A stretch of DNA of 64,000 bases from Puccinia triticina (taxonomy: Eukaryota): positions 4,278,001-4,342,000 of the forward strand of contig CP110439.1 of the NCBI GenBank assembly GCA_026914245.1, written 5' to 3'. The position numbers and the translations under genes were made by a program. The notes below the pieces were generated by a model that had not been told where the DNA came from, did not search any database, and was given only the letters and a program-made list of their open reading frames with translations. Below are positions 51,061 through 60,500 of the stretch, in pieces (within the stretch, counting starts at the first letter, position 1; the number at the start of each line of letters is the position of its first letter).

Positions 51061-54000
51061 TTACTTCTGGTCAAGAATGTCCTCCCGGGAAAGAAACCTC
51101 TTCACTTGATCCGCGGCGAAGCGCCGCTTGAGCTCCGTGCCATCGAGTTCCGCCAAGATGTAAGAACCGCCTTGAACTTGCTCCACAACGCGGTACGGGC
51201 CGTTCCACCGATGCGCAAACAACTGGCCCCACTGTACTTCCAGTGACCGGTTGTATGCGAGGACCTGATCGCCAGGCTTGAGTGGTTCGCGAATCTTTGA
51301 GCCTTGTTTCTCCTCCCAATAACGAACCGACTCGCCCCGGGCATCCATCATCTTCTTGAAAGCAATGCCTCGAGTCTCTTCACTGCGCTCCAGCTGACGA
51401 GAGCGGGCAACCAAAAGATCCTCGGTAGTCTTGACGGAATCCCAATCGACGCCCAAGTAGGACTCGATTTCCAGATCCAAGGGAAGCACAGCCCGCTGAC
51501 CGAAAACAAGCTCGTAGGGCGAGTAGCCTGTCGTCCGTTTTGTTGAGATTCGGTCGGCGAACAAAACCAACGGCAAAAACTTCCGGCAATTCTTGCCGCT
51601 CTCGCCAGCCATTTTCACCAGAGCCGCCTTAAGAGGTCCATGGCCACGCTCTACCATTCCCTGCCCTTCGGGGTAGTAAGGAGTAGATACACGATGCTGG
51701 CCAGGCAGGGCCCGCAACATTGCGGCAAGCGCGCCACCGAATTCTGAGCCGCTGTCCGTCGAGTAAGCTTGAGCCAATCCGTACCGCATAGTCCAGTGTT
51801 CTTGCAAGAACGCGGCCACCGCTTCCGAGGTCAGATTGTTCAGGATCTTGGCTTCAACCCATCCCGAGAAGTCGTCCCGTGCCACTATCAAATACTTAGC
51901 ACCGCTGGCTTTAAGATGCACGGCGTCCATGGAGACCCGGCCGAAAACAGTAGACTCGCCGGTTGGGTACCGCAGCTCTTGCGGCCGTCGAAGGTCTTTC
52001 TTTTGACACGCCTCGCAACTCTGACACCACTCGACCACAGATTTCTTCAATGAAGGCCACCAAAAACGTTCGGACACGCGTCGGTAAGTTTCCGTTGAGC
52101 CGCGGTGACCTAAGTCTTCGTGAAGCTTGCCGAGAATCTCCGCCTGTTTTAATGGGATAGTCACGGCAATCCTAGGTAGGGGACTTCCCCTTTTCATGAG
52201 GCGCCCAGCTTGCAGAAAGAAGTCGACCGATCGCCGCTTCAAGGCACGAAACTCTTTCGATTGCATCCCGACCGGCTTAAGCAGCGTAGCCAGAAAGTGC
52301 TCAAGATCTCGCCAGTAGCCTTGCTGATATCCAGTGTAAGAGTCCTCCGCGCTCATAGCGTATGAGTGCCGTGCGCGAATGTGCGGAGCTTCTTCGTCAA
52401 AGTCAGAGGGGGGATCCGATTCGTCGTCTCCTTGCGGGCGTCGGGAAAGTCCATCAGGCATCGTAAAAGTCTTTCCTGGCCGGTGCACGATGTCGAATGA
52501 AAACAGCTGAATAAAAGCTACCCAACGCGTCATCGGTGCGTTGGGAAGACTTGGGGCATTAATCATTTCGATCAGGGAGTGGGCGTCGACCTGCAACTCG
52601 AAATGCTGGCCCCACAGGATCGTCTGCAATTTCTTGAGAATGCGCGCCACGCCGCAAAGCTCGAGCTTAGGCTGGGAGTAGCGGGACTCGACGTCAGAGA
52701 ACAGAAGTGACTCATAGAGCGCCGGCCGGTCAAGTCCGTTCGAATCTTCTTGTGTAAGGACCGCGCCCGCTGCATGGAAGCTCGAGTCTACTGCCAGCTT
52801 AAGCTTGCCAGCTCCCTTCCCATATTGGATTTTAGACAGTACAATATCGTAGCCCACTGTAACTTTCAACCTTTGAAACGCGTCCTCGCACTCCGCCGAC
52901 CATAGCCAGTCAGTATCCTTCCGCGTCAACCGTCGCAAAGGTAGACATATCTCAGACAAACCCGGTATAAAAATTCGGACGTAAACCACTACCCCCAAAA
53001 AACCACGAAGTTCCGTCGCGTTGGCCGGGGTGGGCCAGGAGAGAATCTTGTTGACCTTCGCTTTCGCCATTCGACGGCCTTCCTTGCAAACGACATGGCC
53101 TACGATATCCAGAGCGGGAACACATGCTGCGAGCTTTGACGCAGAGACCGTAAGACCGCTCTCCTCGATCCTGAAGAGGACCCTCTCTAGCGTCGTTGCG
53201 TACTCCCAAATGAAACGACGGATCCCGGCATGCCACGGAAGAAGCTCGTTATTGTAATCAGAAACGGGGCCCTTTATACCTCCGTCGTCTATGAAAATGC
53301 CGGCATGGTCAGGGATTTCCTCCTGTAAGATCCATACCATCTGTGCCTGATAAACGGCCACCGAGTTGGTGGCGCCTTGCGGAAGGCGCGTGAGTTGGAA
53401 GCGCCCTAAAGGTGTGTCGAAAGTCGTAAGGGGTCTCGAAATGGGGTCCAAGGCGCGCTCATCATAGCCGCCCATAATGTCGCCAAGGCCGTAGCATGCT
53501 CTTCCTGCGAAGGATTCGACGAAGTCCTCCGTAGCCGGCGGTACTCCCGCGTCCTTGACAGTCACCTTGTTCAAGGGCTGAAGGTCGTGAACCACCCGAA
53601 GTTTTCCGTTGCTCTTTAAGACGCAAAAGACCGGTGATGAGTAACTTGAAGTAGATTGCTCGTACAACCCGTTCTTCACGCGCTCTCGGATGATCTGAAT
53701 ATATTCGTCCACTTTCGCCGCCGGTATTGGAATCTTTTTCTTTTGCCAGGGCTCGTGCTCTACCACGGGGATAATGTATGGGAGTCCGTAAGAATCCTTG
53801 AGCAAGCCGCGCTCCTCAGGTACAAAGGCGATGGCGACATTACGCTTGGCTAGCACGTTCTTGATGAGGTTGAGCTCGTCCGGCCACAGCCAACCATCCG
53901 GTCCGAAATTCACCACCGACAGTCTTTCTTCCGTCACCCGTCCCTTAGGCTGAAAAGGACCCGCCAATGATCGCGACAGGCCCTGATAGGGATCCCTGGA

Positions 54001-55110
54001 GAGCGGCGGCCGTCGAAGCGGGGGGTTGAGTCCTTGAGGCATTGGACAGTTCACCGGCTTGACCTTCTTAGACACCGGCTTGTACTTTGCGGCGAAAGAC
54101 AACCAGGATCCGTCCCACCACGATTCAACCAGTGATAACTGAGTCCGCATACTGAGTCCACATTCCAGCAATCGCCACGTCCGGTGCTCGGCGAAATCCT
54201 CAAACGCTGCCTTCTCTGCAAGGGTGGAAAGAAACGCCGACGCTTTGCTCACGAGTGTGGCACGAGGTAGGGTTTTTGACGTTGACGTGGCATCTTGCCC
54301 GGAGGTGCACAATTGGGAGGAACTTACTTTTGGTTCTCCCAATCCCTCCGTCGTCCCAAAATACACAAATCCTCCTTCCGCTGCCATTCGCAATTCCGCT
54401 AGTTTCACCTCATCGCGGAGGGTCATTAGTTTTACCTCGTCGCGGAGGCTCGGGAGTTTAGGCTCATCGCGGAGCTGAACTAGTTTTATCTCATTGCGGA
54501 GGACGTCAGGAGACGTATCTAGTTTATTCTCATCACGGAGAGAAGATTCATGACATAGTTTATTCTCTTTGCGGAGACGGGTACGAGTTGGAACTGACGC
54601 TAGTTTTTCCTCATTGCGGAGGCGGATTGTTGAGGAGTCATCTGCAATAGAAAGACAGAGAGGATGGCCGATGGGGCTCACATATGTGGCACGCGGTAGA
54701 GCTTTTGACAAAAAGGTGGCATCTTGCCCGGAGGTGCACAATTGGGAGGAACTTACTTCTACTCCTCCCATCCTCCGCAGAGACCCATTATCCTCCTTTC
54801 CACCCTTCACTAATAAACCTTCGCCGAAAGTGGCCGCCCTTGCGGAGAAACTGGAACTAGAAACTTGAAGAGACTTGAGGGAAACTGAGCCGATGGAAGA
54901 AACTGAGCGAAATGGTGGAAACATTTTTTCGGAATTTTGAGAATTTTCTGACTGTTTTTCGGATTTTTGAGATTGTTTTTCAAGATGGCCGTGAGAAGAT
55001 AGAGAGAAATAGCAACCATGAGACCCTAGATGAACAGTTGATCCAGCGGCGAGATGTCGGGACCCTAAATTAGATCTGCCGCCTCCCGGATCAACCGCAT
55101 TTACAAAAAA
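51061..55110 (-). CDS. pol: Pol (RT, RNase H, integrase with GPY motif), probably expressed by -1 frameshift
   Basis: KYKPVSKKVKPV, LPQGATNS, FIDD, VDSS/ELC/VDAH/PDGLSR, HEDLGH...CEAC, SMD/TDSG/VERGH and WNGPYRV. No chromodomain seen. Confidence 0.95.
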   Translation of the reverse strand, partial: FFVNAVDPGGGRSNLGSRHLAAGSTVHLGSHGCYFSLSSHGHLEKQSQKSEKQSENSQNSEKMFPPFRSVSSIGSVSLKSLQVSSSSFSARAATFGEGLLVKGGKEDNGSLRRMGGVEVSSSQLCTSGQDATFLSKALPRATYVSPIGHPLCLSIADDSSTIRLRNEEKLASVPTRTRLRKENKLCHESSLRDENKLDTSPDVLRNEIKLVQLRDEPKLPSLRDEVKLMTLRDEVKLAELRMAAEGGFVYFGTTEGLGEPKVSSSQLCTSGQDATSTSKTLPRATLVSKASAFLSTLAEKAAFEDFAEHRTWRLLECGLSMRTQLSLVESWWDGSWLSFAAKYKPVSKKVKPVNCPMPQGLNPPLRRPPLSRDPYQGLSRSLAGPFQPKGRVTEERLSVVNFGPDGWLWPDELNLIKNVLAKRNVAIAFVPEERGLLKDSYGLPYIIPVVEHEPWQKKKIPIPAAKVDEYIQIIRERVKNGLYEQSTSSYSSPVFCVLKSNGKLRVVHDLQPLNKVTVKDAGVPPATEDFVESFAGRACYGLGDIMGGYDERALDPISRPLTTFDTPLGRFQLTRLPQGATNSVAVYQAQMVWILQEEIPDHAGIFIDDGGIKGPVSDYNNELLPWHAGIRRFIWEYATTLERVLFRIEESGLTVSASKLAACVPALDIVGHVVCKEGRRMAKAKVNKILSWPTPANATELRGFLGVVVYVRIFIPGLSEICLPLRRLTRKDTDWLWSAECEDAFQRLKVTVGYDIVLSKIQYGKGAGKLKLAVDSSFHAAGAVLTQEDSNGLDRPALYESLLFSDVESRYSQPKLELCGVARILKKLQTILWGQHFELQVDAHSLIEMINAPSLPNAPMTRWVAFIQLFSFDIVHRPGKTFTMPDGLSRRPQGDDESDPPSDFDEEAPHIRARHSYAMSAEDSYTGYQQGYWRDLEHFLATLLKPVGMQSKEFRALKRRSVDFFLQAGRLMKRGSPLPRIAVTIPLKQAEILGKLHEDLGHRGSTETYRRVSERFWWPSLKKSVVEWCQSCEACQKKDLRRPQELRYPTGESTVFGRVSMDAVHLKASGAKYLIVARDDFSGWVEAKILNNLTSEAVAAFLQEHWTMRYGLAQAYSTDSGSEFGGALAAMLRALPGQHRVSTPYYPEGQGMVERGHGPLKAALVKMAGESGKNCRKFLPLVLFADRISTKRTTGYSPYELVFGQRAVLPLDLEIESYLGVDWDSVKTTEDLLVARSRQLERSEETRGIAFKKMMDARGESVRYWEEKQGSKIREPLKPGDQVLAYNRSLEVQWGQLFAHRWNGPYRVVEQVQGGSYILAELDGTELKRRFAADQVKRFLSREDILDQK

Positions 55111-57230
55111 TGACGACCCTCCGACGGGTCGTCGCGTGCCTTCCCCTTGTGAGAAAGGACCGCCTTGCGTCCGTGCCCCGGAAACTCGCGCTCCCAGCGC
55201 CCGGAATCCACTGAGCACAGAGAGACCTCAATCTTGCGGCCCGTCGAGTCCGGCAGCAGGATCCGCTCCCCTACTTGATTGTCGAAATTCAAGGTAGCGT
55301 TGAAATCCATAAGAAAGGGTCTACCGAAAATGAGGGGTCCGTCCATACGCGTGATCCAGAAATGACAAGACCCGACAATCGTCTTGCCCACTCGAATTGG
55401 AACATCCTCCGCCACGCCGACAAGCTCGCACGCTTGATTTCCAATGCCATAAACAGCTGAACTAAAATTTACCCGCGGGCTAATGTTGAATTTGTTAGCC
55501 ATCGAGTCCGAGATCAAATTCAGCTGGGATCCAGAGTCTATTAAAGAAATGGCGTTACTCTCCTCGTCGCCAACCAAGCAGGGCATATACCCCAACGGAC
55601 AGGAGTAAAGCTTCATGCCGTCAATCCGGCCGTCTCCCTCCGAGTCCTCTGCCAAAGTCCCTGATGACACCTTCATCTCGTCCGCCCCAACCTCGACTCG
55701 CCGCCTCGAAACCCATCTCTTCATTCCCTCAGCTACTGACGGGGCCACCGCTAGCAATTCGGACACAGTGATGTTGGGAACCGTGACATCGAACATCTTC
55801 TTGAGCATCACGTCCGTGGCGTTGGGGTGATCCTTGGCGATGCCGCGCTCGAAGCGCACCTTAGGAGACGATGAGATTGCCTTGGGCGTCACCGGTGCGA
55901 CTGGAGCGTCCTTAGACGTATCTTCCATGGAGGGAGCCGCCGGCACCCGCTCAAACAACTCGGAATTGGCATCCATTTCGTCCGTGTCTGATCCGGATCT
56001 GGGAGCTGGGTCCTTGCGCGCCGGTCGACGCGCCGCAGAAGGGGGAACGACCGGAGCCTTGAAAGGCTTAGGAGCCTCGTGTTTCTTGCGCGCAGGGTCG
56101 GCCTCATAGGTTCCAGAGAAAGATTGAGAAGAGATCGAGGGTGGGCGCCAGGGGTCTAAAGATCCACAAGTGGCCCGAAACTCCGCCTCCGGCACGCTAG
56201 CCGTTGCTGCCTTTGGGTTGTAGGAGGCTACTACATGCCTAATGGGCCTCGAGTTGTCCACTGGAATAAGCGCGCCGTTTGGAAGAAAGAAACTGCCGCC
56301 GCGCTGTTCCACTAGTTTGGCCTCCTTGTCCTTCTGCAGCTCCGCGCATCTGCCGAGCCCATGCCCCTCCCTGTGACAATAATAGCATACCATTGGTCCT
56401 CGAGGCGCCGCGGGCCGCGCCTGAGCCGCAAACTTCTGCTCCAACCGCTGCTCAAATGACTGGAGCATGCGTTCGATGTCGTCCATAGTAGCGGGAGATC
56501 TAGCCTGCGAAGGCGCCTCCTTCGGACGGCGGTCGGACTCGATCTTCTGCATGACCTCGTTAGACTGTTTGAAAAGCCCTGCGGGAACCAGAACTTCAGC
56601 GCGAGAATCTTCGAACGTGAGAGCCGTCTGGTTCCTCATAACTTCCTCCACGGCCGTCTTCAAAATCTCAAACGTAGGTAGTTTGAACCGGTTATCTTGA
56701 GTAGTTATCATAGTCTTGTCCTTGATCAGTTGATCCCTGATACGCTCCTGTAGCCCTAGCGAGAATGACTGATAATAGAGTCTCTTGATTTCCTCCACAG
56801 AATCGATGTGGTCCTTGCGCAAAAGATACGACTGGATAGGTTGCCAAGACTTGCGAAAGTCCTGAAAGTCCACCACCGACTGCACTCCTCCTTTATCCTT
56901 CCATGCCTGAACCAGCTCCTCCAGATGCCGAGTGGTAAAGCGAGCTGTATCGATTTTTCCCCAATGCGAGAGCATAGCCGCTTTCAAGAGAGTCCAATTC
57001 GGAGGTTCGAAACCGTCCAAAGTCTCGACCACATCCTTGACTTCAGCCGTGCGAATGAAAAACCGCACCTGCTGAGCCATGTCGGCCTCAGAAGCGCCAT
57101 CGAGCCTTGCAGCCAACTGGTAATCGGCCAGGAATCTCTCTACATTAGAGCCATCGAAGCCCAGGGACTTATCCTGCGGCTTAATCTTGACCATCCGAGC
57201 ACCAGATGCTCCGGCCACCGGTTCTGCCAT
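55101..57230 (-). CDS. gag: Gag-protease (709 aa)
   Basis: CCHC knuckle CYYCHREGHGLGRC. Aspartic protease LIDSGSQLN...LIFGRPFL. Confidence 0.95.
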   Translation of the reverse strand: MAEPVAGASGARMVKIKPQDKSLGFDGSNVERFLADYQLAARLDGASEADMAQQVRFFIRTAEVKDVVETLDGFEPPNWTLLKAAMLSHWGKIDTARFTTRHLEELVQAWKDKGGVQSVVDFQDFRKSWQPIQSYLLRKDHIDSVEEIKRLYYQSFSLGLQERIRDQLIKDKTMITTQDNRFKLPTFEILKTAVEEVMRNQTALTFEDSRAEVLVPAGLFKQSNEVMQKIESDRRPKEAPSQARSPATMDDIERMLQSFEQRLEQKFAAQARPAAPRGPMVCYYCHREGHGLGRCAELQKDKEAKLVEQRGGSFFLPNGALIPVDNSRPIRHVVASYNPKAATASVPEAEFRATCGSLDPWRPPSISSQSFSGTYEADPARKKHEAPKPFKAPVVPPSAARRPARKDPAPRSGSDTDEMDANSELFERVPAAPSMEDTSKDAPVAPVTPKAISSSPKVRFERGIAKDHPNATDVMLKKMFDVTVPNITVSELLAVAPSVAEGMKRWVSRRRVEVGADEMKVSSGTLAEDSEGDGRIDGMKLYSCPLGYMPCLVGDEESNAISLIDSGSQLNLISDSMANKFNISPRVNFSSAVYGIGNQACELVGVAEDVPIRVGKTIVGSCHFWITRMDGPLIFGRPFLMDFNATLNFDNQVGERILLPDSTGRKIEVSLCSVDSGRWEREFPGHGRKAVLSHKGKARDDPSEGRHFL

Positions 57231-57470
57231 CGCGCTAGCCGATTTGATTGATAGCCTAAAAAAAACGAGGCGAAATCGGGCGGCTCACGAAGTGGCAATG
57301 TAATGCTTGACAAACTTGTAGCAGAAAAAAAAACCCTCGGAGGTGCACACCTGGGAGGACTTACTTCTAGTCTCCTGTGCCTCCGCCGCTGAACCCTAAA
57401 ACAAAAGAAAACGAAAAGAAACTTTCACTGAGAACAAAGACCGCCAAGCGTCTCGAAACCGTCCAAATCG

Positions 57471-57521
57471 GCGAGACTGTAAATCTTGAGGTCGCTGGTT
57501 CGATCCCGGCTCGGGGGACCA
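57471..57521 (+). other. 3' two-thirds of mature tRNA-Tyr(GUA) forming an extended PBS
   Basis: CGAGA-CTGTAAA-TCTTG anticodon arm, AGGTC, GCTGG-TTCGATC-CCGGC T-arm, TCGGGGG-A-CCA. It lies 2 nt from the LTR. A second copy is at 31031-31081 on the opposite strand. Confidence 0.88.
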
Positions 57522-60500
57522 AATGAGGAACTCTGGCCGGTGCTAGGCCGGCAGCAGTTCGGGGAGGGGAAAAAGAAAAGCTGAGATTTATCTACGTATG
57601 CCCTCCGGGATGATTGGCCGAAAAAGAGCGCTGAGATTCGTGTAAGCGTGAAGGGGGTTTGATTTTACGACGGCGGGAGATGCGCGTCGGCGGGTTTGTT
57701 TTGAGAGAGGCCGGGATACTGCCGGCAGGAGTGAGAGGTGTGATCTAAACCAGGAAGGTGGAGGAGATCGACGTTTTGCGGGGTAAAGAACTTAAAAGCC
57801 GTGAGATTCGGGCAAACAAATGCCAAGACGTGAACTTTGAACTTTGATGGATTGACTGAAAACTATATGGTTCAGAGTGGGTCCATGCCGCTCCAAAGCC
57901 TGAGTTCAAACTGAACTCAAACCTTGGAGTTGGTGACATGTAGCAGACATCTCATCACAACCTAGCGCGCACGCGCGCGCAACAACAACATAAGACAAAG
58001 ACAGAAACAAAACAAAACAAAACAGAAACAAAACAAACCAACCCTCCTCATACAAAACCTATCCAACGCGCGCAATGTGAAAGAGGAAATAACAAAACAT
58101 GATGAAAGATAAACTTAAAAGAAAACAGGACCAAGAAAGCCAAAACACAAGGAAGAGGGGGGGGGGGGAAGAAGACCTGAAACGCCTTGAGGATGCGCGC
58201 CACGCCGCGCCGTTGAACTTGAGGAGGCCTCAAGGGCTGAAAGCTGAATCTTGATGTCTTGAGTCTTGACGTCCTCTGGCGCGCGCCGTGCGCGGCAAAA
58301 AGCTTGATTCCTCCGCGTGTACCAGATTGTCCACCACAGCGTCCAAATGACGCTTTGGCCAGCAAAGCGGCAATTGGACGCTTTTTGAAACCATCCAAGT
58401 GATGCTTTTGCCCTGCAGCATTCATCGGATGGGGAGCATCCTCTGGACGCTTCCAGGGAAAAAGTGTCCATTGGATGCGGCGGTTTCCCAGAAACCTGCC
58501 CCGTGGTGTATGGTAGAATAGCTATGGTACAAAAACTAAAGCATCCACAAGGTGCAGGTTGACCTGGTGCAGCTGAGTTTTGTCCTTGGTGGGGTGGACA
58601 GCTAACTTACACAAGACCCTCTTTGGAGGGCCTCAAGCATGCCAAAAATCAAGTGTCCCACTCACTTTAACATTGCTCTTTTTGCTTGTTTTCCATGGGC
58701 GATACATCCACAGGCTGCTTATGTGATGTAAAGTCACCATTTAGAGTACAGGGAGTGTTGCCATCAAACCTGAAGTCTTATTATGACAGTAAAAAATGGC
58801 AAGAAGGTCCAAAAATAGTTCTACATATCCTAGAAGATGCAGGAGAAGGAAGGGGTCACTTGGCTCACCGGAACCTTCATGCTATTCCTCACAACTGAGG
58901 AGGTACAAGCAATAGAATGGAAAACAGCAAAAAAAAACAAAAAAGAGTGATGTCCCCCCTCCCCAAAGAGAAGTTCTTAGTTAAGTTAGGGTAGACAGCT
59001 GAATTTTAGCAGCATTTCTACTTAAAATATTGGGATTTACTTTGCCCACGGAGGGTAACTCAAGCTTAAACCAGCCTCTCTGGAGGAGAGCCCCGCAGGG
59101 TCTCTGTCTTCCAGAGAGGCTTGCCCCCAAGCCACCAATTTTGGCATGAGAGCTGACAAGCCTGGGGCCCAACCAACCCCCATTTTTCTTTTGATCAACT
59201 ATCTCACACCCATTTCTTGCCCAATAGGGACATGAGTGGTGCTGCCTTGTAGGCTAGCTTCTTGCGCAGACAGCCATACAGTAATCAGATTTTTATCCCC
59301 CCAGCTGGCCGCTGGACATCCTTGCAAAATCACTGCTGAGCTCACTCCAACAAATCAAGGTTTTTTCCAACTTCTGTACATCAAGCATAACAATATAAAT
59401 GATATGCATTGATCATGAATTGAGAATTGAAATTGTTCAAACATTTGAGTTTTCATTTAATTACAAGCAGAAAATACTGCTTCCATGCACTTACTATAGA
59501 TGCAGAAGTGTACAATCATTGCCAGAATCTTGGAAGCATGATTTTAAAAGCTTTTTAACTTCAAGACCATTCAAGATAAAAATATGAGGCCTATGTAGGT
59601 TTGAAGGCCAGATGCAGGACTTCAATTTGGCACCTGGGCGGCCCTTTTGGCCCACGGGATGCTATGGTGGTGTGGTGTCAAAGTTTGACAGCAGCCAAAT
59701 GGGTTGAGGCAGTCCTCAGCACTCACACCAAATTTCCCGGCTTACTCCCAAGCGAGCTTAGCTAAGCCTCTCCGAGGAGGAGCAAAGCGCCTCCAAAGGA
59801 GAGGATTATGTGTAAAGTCGGGGTTGGGGCCTGAGAAGACCGGGTTTTTTGCATTATTTTGTTGTATTTTGGTTTCAAGATCCTGTAGCACCTACAACTG
59901 AGCACCCCAAAAAAGAATCAAAATGAAGGAATTGGAGCCTACCTTCTTGCCTATGAATGTCAAAAGTGACATTGTTGAGGTTTCTAAATGTGTTTCAAGA
60001 AAGCCATTTTAAGGGCTCTGAGGGGTGTGAAAGTGTTTTGCCCCAGCAACCAATTTGTAATTCCTGTGACAGACAATTGGCTGCTTGCCAGCTTTACAAA
60101 TGGTTTCAAGCACAAATCTCAAACTTGATTTTATGATGTATATTCTTTGTATCTTTTGAACCAAAATAAACTGTGAAAAATGCAACATGTGAGGCAAAAC
60201 TACAAATGGTTGACATATAAATAAATTTTCAACTATATGGCCTGGCCCTCAACAACTGAACTTCTGTGTGTCTAAGAGTCCAATACCCTCCACCACGTTT
60301 GGATTTTCTATTTGAATGCCTGGTTGGTCTATCAAGATATTGCTTCAGATCAGTGTGGTTTTGCATGGAAAGTGGGTCAAAAAAACTGAGATATATGTTC
60401 AGATTTGTGCAGGACAATATGCCTTTGGATTGGGTGAAAAAAATGTGGTTGGCAACAAGTGGTGAAGTGCAGTGCAAGTTATAGGTGGTTTGCCAGGGGT

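Larger units (their letters stand above)
50059..58338 (-). mobile_element. Apparently intact, very young Ty3/Gypsy LTR retrotransposon (8.28 kb)
   Basis: 815-bp LTRs at 50059-50873 and 57524-58338 with no difference seen by eye. TSD GCGT (ACGC on the element strand). tRNA-Tyr PBS, PPT GGGTGGA and two open ORFs. Confidence 0.96.
44505..58508. mobile_element. Putative short-TIR host element (CACCACGG ends) expanded by nested insertions
   Basis: TA|CACCACGG...CCGTGGTG|TA. GGAC/GTCC-rich foldback sequence at 44505-45144 continues at 50034-50058 and 58339-58508. Confidence 0.55.

Noticed and set aside
57471..57521. Functional tRNA-Tyr gene
   Set aside because: It lacks the 5' acceptor strand and D-arm, has encoded CCA, and abuts the LTR, so it is a PBS.
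58975..58995. Telomeric repeat TTAGGG
   Set aside because: Isolated single units with no tandem array.
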